64,000 bases of DNA from Mobula hypostoma (Eukaryota), in assembly GCF_963921235.1 (NCBI RefSeq), contig NC_086097.1, positions 215,700,001-215,764,000 on the forward strand, written 5' to 3'. Below are positions 48,625-60,652 of this stretch, piece after piece. The first letter of the stretch is position 1. The number at the start of each line of letters is the position of its first letter. Under the pieces are notes generated by a model that searched no databases, was not told where the DNA came from, and saw only the letters and a list, made by a program, of their open reading frames with translations. Position numbers and translations under genes: made by a program.

Positions 48625-51600
48625 GAGCCGAGCCACTGACTGCACTTTACCAGCAACTTGACTCAACTTCAAATCCAATCAAACCCATCCCCAAGCACAA
48701 CACTTCCCTAACCGACCCGCACCCACGGAGAGCCCAGCAGACTGCAGAGAGTACAAAAGCACATCCAACAGTGACCACACACACTTCAGAAGGAATACTA
48801 CACTGTGGAAAATGCCGCTACGTTTTGCATTATCAAGAATTTATACTGGAATAATAAAAGTATGGGTTTTTATTTGTGACTATTCAATATTAGCATTCTG
48901 ACATGATTTACTTCTACGAACGCGGAAAAGGTGTCGCAAATGGTACGATAACTATGAGGCGATGACAACGTGAATGGAGAGCAAGCGGGTGTCACAGCGG
49001 CCCCGGCGGAGCCACTCTAGGTGCGCACGAACTGACATTGTCTTCTGCTTCTTTTGAATTCAGGCCTCCGAAAGTATCGCGAATACAGAAGCGCTATTAC
49101 TTTGCAACTGCGATTATCACCCAGGATGCCCCATTGAAAATCGCCAAGTGTTAATTGGCAGATGTGTTGTGGTGACTTGGCCCCTCTCTAGGTAACACAA
49201 TACACATCACCTTTTAAAATCCCAACTCCCACATCTGCAGCACAGTGTGCTCCCGGCGAGTCCTTTCTTTTACCTACTGACCAGGGTAGTCAGGCACTAA
49301 TTGACTGCTGCCTCCAGGCGCTGCGTGGACTGATTGTGTTCTGCTTACTCAAAAATGGCGAAAGAGCGAAGTTTTTTAGTATAATGTGATTATTTCTTTG
49401 ACGAATGGATTTTTTTTTGGAAAGAATACAATAGGAAACGGCTGACAGATGTCAGTGAATCTGTTCAACCTTCGTTACAATCAAACGCTTTCGGAGGAGC
49501 GGAGAGAGCGCCATTCAACCCAACTAAACTGACAGAAAGCTTTTGTTAACCCATCTAAAGAAAATAATCAGTATTCGCACAACACTCCGGTGGAGGTTTA
49601 CAAAGCTTGTGGAAAATGCATGGCATGTTTTAATCAATTGTATCACAAAATTATAAAAGTGGGTAGAATAATTAATAATTATTGCTCCCTTTAAGAGGCT
49701 CGGGGCGAAGAGCAGTGTCCGCAGCTTCCACTGGGAACCAAGCACAACTTCTTCGTATTTTGCTTTCATGGGCTATTTCGGCCTGTCTTTGGAAATGCCA
49801 ACTATTAAGAAAGAAATCTGCAGAGGCGAAGCAAAATACGTTAACTAGTTCTAACTTAGGTTTAATTTCCCAGGACAAGCCATGCGCAGTTTGTCTTTGA
49901 GGAAGAAACGTCGCTCCCTAAAATGTCCCAGTTAAGCTGAGACATTAGCTTCCAATTAACTGGCAACACGCAAGAACAAGGATATTATTTATTAAATCGA
50001 GCCTGTCCTGAATTAGCTAAATGTTCTGCTACACTTCGAAACGAAAAATACAATGGGAATAACTTTGAATTGTTATCATAATTTAACTGCTTCCCCCCCC
50101 CCCCACCCACGTACCCACGTATATCCAAGCGGATCTTTTTAATGTTACTATGGGGACATCTCTTACCCAACTCTCGTAGTCCTGCAGCGAGTATTTTGGA
50201 AATATTTTAAACCATAAAACATCAAATAAATAAAAACATTAATTACGCACAATTTAGGATTCCGCTCGGAGAACCATTTGTAGGATGTAGGGGTAGTTGG
50301 ATTGTTTCTTCATGCAGATAACGCGTTTCTATAATGCATTACTACGGTGACATCACTTCTAAAGCAGAGTGGATCCGGGCGACCTGAGGTCGTGGAAGAC
50401 ACGATGCATTTTCGGCCTTTTAAAAACCACTTGGTTAATAAGCTAATCGAAGTCAACATTTGATTGTCTAATTCTATTTTGCATTTTGTGCAGAATGTTA
50501 AATCTACCAAGCGCCTGAAAGATACTCCTGCGTGAAATCTACGTCATGTCTCGGCATAAAGAAGATTTGATACATTTCTTTAAAGCCTATTATTTGGTCA
50601 AGCGCAGTTAGATTCCAGTGTTGGAATGAATGGGAAGTCCGTTCACCATTTCAAAGTGGTTATTCTTGATCAAGTGGATTCAAATTAAGCGCCATGCCCC
50701 TAAAGAGCTCTCTGAGCCAAACCCCCACCTTTGTCAACTTCAATGCAACCTATTAGGTTAGGTCTGCGTATGCATCAATAAAGTCTTGACGTACAGACAT
50801 TACTTCATTTCAAAGCTATTTGTAGTTTTAGAATGGTGTAGCATAGAACTGCCATCTCAAGTGTTAAGCATTCATCTATTGATCTAAACAAATGTTGAAA
50901 CTTGAATTCCAACTGCCCACGTCTCTCAAATCGGTATCTTCCACTTACAATCGCTGGGAGGGGAACTAATGGACTCCGAGTTACAGAACTTAGTACGACA
51001 ACGTAACTGGTATCATAACACTCTAACCGACGCCTCAGGTACCGAAAGAGGGAAGTAGACCAGCCTAAATAATTCACACTAAGTTGCAGGCTATCGTACA
51101 ATCCTGAATCCGTTACTTTCACTAATTTAATCTTAAATGCCTCCCTACAGGTAAATAACGACTTATAGTCCAGATTTTCTGCTGGCAGTCCAACCCTATT
51201 AAAATGCATTGGCAGAAAACCGTCGGTCGAGAGCAGAGATGGAAAATCGCGGAATAGTTTTTCCCTCCTATATTCAGGTCAGTTCTGCAGCGGGTAAACA
51301 CATGGTGAGCAGCACACAGAAATTTATAAGGTTGGGATTATTTACTTTATGAGCACCTGCGGAGAGACTGACATAAAAATAATATTCATTTTTAAAAAAA
51401 AATTCCATTTACTAAAGTACTTGTGCGTACCTAATCTGTTAATTTACATACAACACGTAAATATTACATCAATATAAAACCCGCTTAGATGTTTATATAT
51501 ATATTCCTATCTAGCAAAGTAAAATCAAAGATTTCTTTATTATATATAGATTTCGGGGGAATTCAATATTGTCACCTAAGGAATCAGTGAATATATGTTT

Positions 51601-53439
51601 CGGTTTTTTAAAAAAGCTGCTTCCTGTTGGCTCAGGTTAAATTACAAAATGCAACCAAACAGAATTTTCAGAAGAGTTGCATTGTAAGCCGCGTCATTGC
51701 AGTTCTAGTAAAATACCGGATTTCCATAATGGCTTTGACGTTGGCTCATCGGGTCGCACTGCAGTTTTTTTCTTCTGCAGTTTGTTATGCTCATTTCAAC
51801 AAAATTACATCGTAAGAACTGTGTAGGATATATTTCAGCTCTTAATTGTTTGTTGTTTTCATCAGAATTAGCCTTTGGAATTTCTTTCGCGGGCAAGGTG
51901 ACACCGTGACTGAATTGATCGGTTTTTTTAAAACTTTAAAATAAATCACGAAATGCTTTCCTATCCTGTATTTTCCCCATTTTGAAAACGAAATAATTTC
52001 AAGGCGTAAGGATATTTTAAATGTTTTTTTGTATCACGATCTGCATTTAAATACTGTAAAGGTTATTGTTGATAAACAATTCACTTAGAAATCAGTCAGA
52101 ATTTATGGATCAGCCAATTACAACGATTATATCTAATCATCCCAAACGCTGAATTAAAAATAGCGCAACGTTTACTTCTTAAAAACGAAGAAAAATCGGG
52201 ATGTGTAGTACTGCGTAACCGGTACACAGGAACGCAAGTCTGTACACACTCAATGATTTAAAGGCAGACCTTAATGAATACACAATTTGCGCTGAATCAA
52301 ATCGATGCGTTTAATAAGAAGCACAAATGGTACGTATTGCGGAAGAAGAAAGTCTGCAGTCGGATAGGGAGTGTGGAGGCAGTACCAAGGTGGAAGAACC
52401 GGCCACCTTCCATGTTGCCTATTAGTCCCAGCTGTAACTAAAAAATCTAGATCTGTCAGACGAGAGTGCCTATCTATAATACCGGTAACACATCAATCGC
52501 ACAACCGGGTCAAAAGTGAGAAGATGGATATAATCTTTGGCTCAACCGGGCATTTTGAAGTTTACTTTCAATTTTATATAGATAGCAAGACTGAAAGCGT
52601 TATCAGCCAGATTTCGCTACCGGAAGCTTTGCAAGTCCAAAAATCTCAGGGGAGTTTTGGGACTCACAATGACCCGAACAGCGTTTCCGCAGCGTCACCT
52701 GCTGGCAAGGGGGGGAATGTGAATCATGATTATTCCCGCAATTATTCTGGTTAGACAATAGAAACCAGCGTTTTGGATTTGGACAGATGGAGAAACAAAA
52801 TCTAAAAAAAACTTGGTCACAATGATCAAACGTGTCAAGAACTTTATTTGTAAGACTTAGAACAGTCAAAATAAAATATTAATTAGATCACCGGAGCGTT
52901 TATATGCGCAGAGGATGCCGGAAGCAATTTCTTGTTTGTTTTCGTTGACTGCAGCAATGCAGAAGGAACGCAGAAATGACTAATACCTTGAGTAGATTAA
53001 CCTGCCGCTTAGTACAGTAATTAAGCGAATAGGTGAAAATAGAAAAAAAAAACACCAGAGCAGTCACAATAGCGTCACTTTGTTTCGTGATTATTTCACT
53101 CCCTGTGCGTGTCAACAAAATATTTTGCAATCATCCTACATTACACAGTGCGAGCAAACTGGATTAGCACGACATGGAGGCGGTGGGCCAAAGGCCCAGT
53201 TAATAAACTGTACGAATCCAGTATTGAATGCCTGTGTGACCTTGCCCTGCTCCCTCGCACAGATTAAATTATCCTCCTTTAAAAAAATAAACAACAACCT
53301 TTTTGGAGAAGTTCAATACGGTGTACACAAGGGAACTGCTATTCAGTCCAACCATACTACAAGACTTTCATCTTCACCCACTTTCCAGGCTAATCATCAG
53401 TGTTATCCTGGTTCCTATTTCTGGGCCCCGCAAAGTAAG

Positions 53440-53997
53440 TTCAGAATCAGAATCAGATCAGGTTTAATATCACTGACATATGTCATGAAATTTGTGGTTT
53501 CACAGCAGCAGTACAGTACATTAAAAGACCTATAAATTACACTGAGAAATATATTTAAAATGAAATTAAATAAGTAGCTCAAAAAGAGTGCAAATAGTGA
53601 GATGGTGTTCATGGGTTGGTTCATTGTCCATTCAGAAATATGATGGCCAAGGAGAAGAAGCATTTCCTAAAACATTGAGTGTGTGTCTGTAGGCTTCTGT
53701 ACCTCCTCTTTGATGGTAGTAATGAGAAGAGAGTATGTCCTGGGTGATCGGGCTCCATAATGATGGATGCTGCATTTTCGAGGCATCCCACTCCAAAGAT
53801 TACTTCAGGAGGCTAGTGCCCATGAATGAGCTGGTTGAGTTTGCAACCCCCTGCATCTTTTTCTGATCCTGTGCAGTGGCCCTTCCATACCAGAGAGTGA
53901 TGCAGCCAGTTAAAATGCTCTGCATGGTACATCTGTAGATATTTGCTGGAGTATTTGGTGACATACCAAATCTGCTCAAAAAATTCAATAACATACA
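53440..53997 (-). mobile_element. Rex1/Babar-like LINE, 3' portion
   Basis: ORF 53800-53994(-) FGMSPNT.ANIYRCT.QSILTGCITLWYG..AQDQKKMQ; (TCTGAT)n tail at 53440-53460. Confidence 0.85.
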
Positions 53998-56533
53998 AGC
54001 CTCTATGAAATTTCCTCAACTCCAACCTAAATCTCTGGCATATAATCGCATACTTACAGCCCAGCACTGCATAACTCCTCAGGTAGTGGAATCAGATTTC
54101 TCTTCAATCCAGTCATAACTTTAATTATTTCTGTACCAAAGGCTTTAAATTCGTATAGTTTGCATGAAAGGGATCAAGTTTAAAAAATCAGCTTATACCT
54201 GATAGCATACAATTAAATCTACATCTTAATTCTTTTGTGATCTCAATATTATGTGTACAGCCCAACAAAGATTAGCTCTTTATTTTATGTTAGATCAGTA
54301 TTATTTATTGTTTTTTTGTGTTCTCTGCCCTTGGAAACAGAACCTGCACCATTAGTAATCAGAATGCAAAAAAAAAATGTCATTGCTGGAAATCTGAATT
54401 AATAATGCCGGAAATGTAAAGACGTACAGCAGGTCAGGGAGCATCTGCAAAGAGACAATTAGAATTAAAGTTTCAGGTCAATAAGCTTTCATCAAAGCAT
54501 GTCAATCTGAAATATTAACACTCTCTCCTCCTCTCTCTCTCTCTCTCCCCCCCCCCACTCACTGAATATAAACTGATCCACTGACTCCTTCCAACATTTT
54601 GTTACTAAACTGCTATCCACTGTTATTACTTCCTTACCTGCCTGTAAAGTTGTCTTAAATGTTCTGTAAGTTTCCATTGTCCGGATAGCCATGTTCTTCC
54701 ACGCTACCATTTTCTTTTAATACACACTTCAGAAAGATTTTTTAATAACAAAAACTGTCTCCTACCAAAAGCTGCCTAACCTACCATGTGGTTTTAACAT
54801 CATATTTTTTTTAAAGTTCATTTTTTCAGAATCTGTGTATCTTGCTTGAGATTCACAGCTATTGCACTGATCCTGCTGGTACCTACAAATTTCAGAGCAA
54901 CTATGTAAAAGTTCACTTGTTTATTAATATGAAAATATAAAAAGTAATATTTTCCAGATGGATCAGGCTTCTCAGCAACACCAAAATATGGCTATCACTT
55001 TAGGTGAATTGGGTCAGAGATGGTCCTGGAATACTTGCTCTAGTGCATGTGCAAATGGGATCACTCATCTGTCTGTTGTGTTTTACTAGCATGTATCATA
55101 AACACACAAAAAAATTCAGTGTCTTTGAGGCAATTTGGGAAGTTAACCTTTTCACCTCCAGGAGTATGCACTAGAAATTCAATAAGACACGACCCTTGAA
55201 GTTGTCTCCACTGAAAGAATAATCTTCTATGCAGCAACATTTTTGTGAAATATTGTTAAGACATTTTCAGTTTTCCACAATCAAATGTATTTTTCAGTTT
55301 TATTCATATACCATCATAATTGCTACTCAATTGTTCTCAGATTTTTGGAATTATACAGTGATTCTTATTAACTGTGATTAGTGCCATTATCATTTTTGTG
55401 TCTAACACTCTCATGCAATGGAGTGAATTTCTGATTTTAAGACCCAGTAACAGTGAGGAGATTTACAACCATTCCAATGTGTAGGAAGGTGATAAGAAAT
55501 AAGGACTTTTAAGCACAGGAATGATCCATTTAAGTTAAACATGTCTAATAAGACTCTGCCCCAAATGTTAGATTTCCAAAGGCTCTTTCAGTTTCTTTTC
55601 CCTCTAGACATATACAGTACCTGGTTGTCTTCTGAATTTATTTTGTTGATCTTTGCTATAACATGTTCCATGTAACAGCACTTGACAGCAAATAACTTGC
55701 AGAAGAAAAGAAATTGGCACTAAACTAGGCACCTGATGTGAGAATGAACTTGGCTCATCATACAGTCATTGGTTGAGAAGAGCTATTTTCCATTTCTTGG
55801 TTGACATCAACATTCAAGAACCTTTAAGTGCACAATGCTGTGACCTCCACTGCCTTTCCAAGCAATGAGTTTGAGCTCTCCATCATCCACTGGCTAAAAA
55901 AAACTTCACCTTCCACTTTCACCAATTTCCTGCTGTCCATAACCTCTGGTAATCCACTCTGTATAGGTTTCCCGTGATTTTGTTCTGCTCAGCTAAATGT
56001 TCTCCCCCCCCCCCCCATCTTTGCTAGGTAAAGAAAATTAACCCAGCCTAGCCAAATTAGCTTCTTGATTAGTAAGGGTGTCAATGGTAACCAGGAGGAG
56101 GCAAGAGGTTGGGTTTGAGAGGGATAATAAATTAGCCATGATCAAATGGTGGAGCAGGCTTGATGGGCTGAATGGCTTAATCTGCTCCTATGTCTTATAG
56201 TCATTCTTTATAACTATAATTGACCAGTCTTGGTGACATCTTCATAAAGGTCCTGCCACTTCATTCCTGTAATCTAGTGATTCAATCTGTACTCTGTCTA
56301 AAGTTTACCTATTGTTTTAATATCTTTTTGACTTGGTCTTATATTGTCTGCCTCCAGGACCGTGATGCTCAGAACTTTACATGTATTTCAGTCAAGGCAC
56401 TAACAATGATGTGTAATGGTTTAGTGTCAACTGATAGCAATGACAGCATGAAGGGGTATCAAAAAGATTGGACTACTAACATGCACTCTGGTTTGTAGTA
56501 AGTTAACTTTAAAGAGGTTTAATCTGTGAGTGA

Positions 56534-56848
56534 GTTGGCGCGTGACCGAGTGGTTAAGGCGTCGGTCTAGTGATCTGAAGGTCGCTAGTTCAAGCCTCAG
56601 CTGAGGCAGCGTGTTATGTCCTTGAGCAAGGCACTTAAACACACATTGCTATGAGATGACACCAGTGCCAAGCTGTATCAGCCACTAGTGCCCTTCCATT
56701 GGACAACATTGGTGGCGTGGAGAGGGGAGACTTGCAGCATGGGCAACTGCTGGTCTTCCATACAACCTTGCCCAGGCCTGCACCCTGGAAACCTTCCAAG
56801 GTGCAAATCCACGGTCTCCCGAGACTAATGGATGCTTATAGCATCCTA
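56534..56848 (+). mobile_element. tRNA-derived SINE (Thr-AGT-like head, CORE-like segment, RTE-related body)
   Basis: A box TGACCGAGTGG, B box AGTTCAAGCC and GTCCTTGAGCAAGGCACTTAA. 14-bp TSD TAATCTGTGAGTGA at 56520-56533 and 56849-56862. Confidence 0.85.
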
Positions 56849-59249
56849 TAATCTGTGAGTGATCATAACCTTTAGGATATAAAGGTAATTCAACATGTGT
56901 GACCATCTCAGTGAATGATGGGAGAGAGCTGTTTTGGTGTTGGGGGTACTGAACTCTACGATCTTTTGGGGCATATCCCATTTTAAAGTCTGGGCCTGTT
57001 CATTTGAGACAGAACAATTTACACAGAGAAAATGTGCTGGGAGTAGCACTGCCTGAAAATATGACATCACCGATGACGCATCGTTCTGATCAACAGAGCG
57101 GGAGGGAATTGTGGAATCCATATTATATCTGCAATCCTGTTTCACAAAGACTTTATTTAAAGCCACCTCAAAGGATTGACACAGCATTGATAACCATAGC
57201 ACAGATGTTAAATCTGCCGAAATACAGACAGGATTTGCAGTGTGCTGGAACACGAGTCTGCGTGAAGCCAGCCTCCGAGAGGGAAGCTGATAGCTGGCTA
57301 GCTTTGGGAGGAGCAGCGTTGAATGGGGTGAGGTGACCAATGAGTTTGAATGGCATGCCTGTCAGGGGAAGAGCACAGAGATGCTCAAGAGTCTGAAATT
57401 CCAGAAGACTTGAAAGTTCATTGATTCAGAAGACTGCAGTGTTTTGGTGGAGCAGCCCTTTTTTATAGTACATGTGTTTTACATCAAATAGTCTTTGGCT
57501 AGGTAAAACAACCAATTGCACAATAAGGCACTATGAGCCAACAATATCCCTTGGAAAAACTTGGAAAAAGTTCCCCCACTTCATAGTCAAACCTTTGTCA
57601 GTTCACATGCCAGCTAGAGGTTGCTTTGAGTGAAACTACCAAAAAGGCTCCATTACTGTATTTTGAATGCTGCAGGAATGTTTGAGATGAAAGTCTGTGC
57701 TCACTGGACACTCAATTTAAATTCTGTGAGTTTCTCTTAAAAATAGAGAAAGAAAAATATGGTTTTACTTGTCTTCTGACAGGGAAGTCCAATGTGCTGT
57801 GAAGCCATCCTAAACAAATAGATGTGTTTTATACTAAGATTTATATTTTTTTCCCCATGAGACCTCGAGGTAGAGTTGTGCTATGTTGTGTGACTTTGTA
57901 TGACTTGGCCATTGTGTGGCACTGTTGCATCGTTACATTGTTATACTATCAATTTAAAACACTATCTTCATTATCTTTGAGGTTTTTTCTAAGCCACTAA
58001 GTGCCATGCCCACAGTGACAACCTATTGACTCTACTCTCCCACCATAATTTTAAAGCGTCATCAATTGGCCCAGCTCAGTCTCCATTGAGAATACAGTAG
58101 TGGAATAAGGACCCCAATATGCAGGGAATGTGATCATAAGATATCTCAATTCTTAATTCCTTTTATTTTTCTTAGTGTATTCTGCTTTCACTCTCCTTTT
58201 CCTTATTTAAATGATGTCCCTCAGCAACATCATCTGCTGCCAGATCAGTGACAATTCTCCCACAGCATGCAGTACATTTAACTCTCCATTGTCTTTTTTA
58301 AACCATCCAATCTCCCTGAATTGTGAAATTATACCCGGCTGAGAGGAAACTCTTCAAGGTAAAATTTAGGTAGACAAAATTCATGATCTTTGGTCTTTGC
58401 AACAAGTTGCTTTCCCCAGACAGCAACCCCAAACACCTTCTTCTCTTTCTCTCTACAGCTTGACACTGAATTGGTTCATTTGCTATCCTGATATTCTAAT
58501 GGATCATGGATTGAGTTGTTACATCAACATTGTCATCATGACAACATTGTTGTTTGCTTGTTCTGCTTCAGCCATTTCTGCTGAAATTCTCGTTTTTTTC
58601 TTTGTTACACCTTGGCGTTGCAATCCTAATGCTGTTTTCCCCAGCCACATGTATTTCAACCTTCATAGCTTGAAAGCATCCACAATTATATAGTCTGACT
58701 GTTAACTTGCACCAAATCTGTTCTCTGCACTTGTTGACTAAAACTGACTTTCTTAAATAGGTAAAGGCTCCATTTTAAATGGTACATGTTTGTTTTCTGA
58801 TCACTTCATGAACTCAGCCTTTCCTGTTGCTGTAATCTTCTCCAGTCTTCAGCACCCCTGCAATTCTGGCCCTTGTGCTTCCTAAATTTAAACATTATTG
58901 CTCCTTGAGTACAGCTCCAAACCGCAAATCCCCTCGACATCCATTTGTCCTTCATCTCTAAGCTGCTCCTTCAAACTTAATTCAGGTGCTTCAGTATCTC
59001 TTCCTGTGCGTGGTAACAAATTTTGTTTGTGGAGGGGATGCTTTACTAAATTAAAGGTTCTGTGAAACTCCAACTAGTGGTGTTGTTACTTGACTTTTCC
59101 ATTTATTTTCCATTCAATGCTTTGAGTTCATTTTCTGTTCTACATGCGTCTGCCTTTGCTAAATTCCATTACCAGTTTACAATAGAAGAGCTTCCAAGAT
59201 CATTTCTACCAAAGGTGGAGACAGCTTGAGATCAGCAAAGAAATATTTG

Positions 59250-59670
59250 AGGTCAGCTGACAGTCATTCGGTCGTATTCTCACCACTGCTTCAGATATAT
59301 TTGAGTTAATGCTCCACTCCAGAAACCTGAGCATAAAATGCTTAAATGGAATAGTGAGGGAGGGTTGTGTTGTCAGAAACTGTCTTTCAGACCAGATTCT
59401 AAATCTTGCCTATTCTCTCAAAAAAGATGTTAATGGACCACACAAAGAACAAAAGGGCAGCATCTGGTTGTTTTCTGGTCAATAATTATTCTCCAGTCAA
59501 TATCAGGAAAACATTTCCTTATTATTATAACATTGCTGTTTTGTGGGAGCATGGTCTGCATACAAATTAGGTGTTATGTTTGCATAATGCCATACTTCAA
59601 AGATACTCCAATGGCTGAACAGACATTTGGGGTAACCTGCTATGAAAGCTTTTATATAAAACAATCAAAT
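59250..59670 (+). mobile_element. Near full-length decayed Deu-domain SINE
   Basis: tRNA-like head remnant, ACTCCAGAAACCTGAGCATAAAAT, CTGTCTTTCAGA, CATTGCTGTTTTGTGGGAGC and a TATATAAA end. Confidence 0.65.
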
Positions 59671-60119
59671 CTCCTTTTTGCAACATTTTAATTGATACAC
59701 AGTGGCTCTGCCTATGGCCAAGGCAGTAATGTCTCTTGCCTTATGTTAACTCTTTGCCCTCTGGGCAGAGCTGGCGATGTTTTTAATAGTGAGGCCAGTA
59801 GTGCATGCAGCAGGGAACCTTGCAACATAACTGACCTCATGAAGATGGGTAGGAATGGGTAGTGGAATATCCCGACAACCAACCAATGAATAATGAGTTT
59901 TTATGTCTTTTAAAGCTGTCAAAAACAGGGAATGGTTTTGAAATAAAGAAATAATCAAAATATTGAAGGACATCATTAAACATTATTTTTAAAGTATAAT
60001 TATTAAAAACGGTGAACACAATTAAATATGCTCAAACCATTATAAAATTATGAGTATTTATTTTAATCCTTAACACCCATTCTCCTCCATTGAAATCAGG
60101 CCTACCCCGTTGCTGGTTC

Positions 60120-60343
60120 ACAGCATGAGAGAATCTGCAGATGCAGGAAATCCAAAGCAACACACAGACAATGCTGGAGGAACTCAGCAAGCCGGGCAGC
60201 ATTTACAGAAAAGAATTAACGGTCAGCATTTCAGGTGGAGATCCTTTATCAGGGTGCCGATAAACGGTCTTGGCCCGAAATGTCGACTGTTTACTCTTTT
60301 CCATAGATGCCGCCTGAGTTCCTCGAGCATTTTGTGCGTGTTC
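60120..60343. mobile_element. Penelope-derived palindromic element
   Basis: Inverted arms ATGCTGGAGGAACTCAG../..CTGAGTTCCTCGAGCAT, with back-to-back decayed hammerhead cores at ~60222-60290. Confidence 0.8.
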
Positions 60344-60652
60344 CTGTTGCAGATTGTTTGAGAGGATTTTCCAGGATAACCAAAAGGGGAATTACTACTA
60401 ATTAATTCTCTGCTACTGGACTTCACGAGGTATCCAATGCCAGAGCAGAGTTGCCAAAACACCTGCAAAGGGTTTCCACTTACACATGGAAATCCAAAGT
60501 TTTCTGGCATGCACAAGGTGAAATGCAAACAGATTGTTTTGACAAAACAATTTTTTTCATAATAAAGAAATATTTACAAGAGTAACCCGTGCAATGCTTT
60601 TCATTCGTTTCAGTCCAGGTCAATGCTTTCAGTACTGTTCTATTACATTGTT

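Larger units (their letters stand above)
37900..53300. promoter_or_regulatory. Large CpG-retaining, transposon-free regulatory domain around mir-124 (putative hypomethylated valley)
   Basis: CG dinucleotides are frequent here and scarce in the flanks. I recognised no interspersed repeat between the Rex1 ends at 37785 and 53440. Judged by eye, not computed. Confidence 0.75.

Noticed and set aside
56536..56607. tRNA-Thr(AGT)-like sequence
   Set aside because: The acceptor stem does not pair properly, and the sequence continues into a SINE body bounded by a 14-bp TSD.
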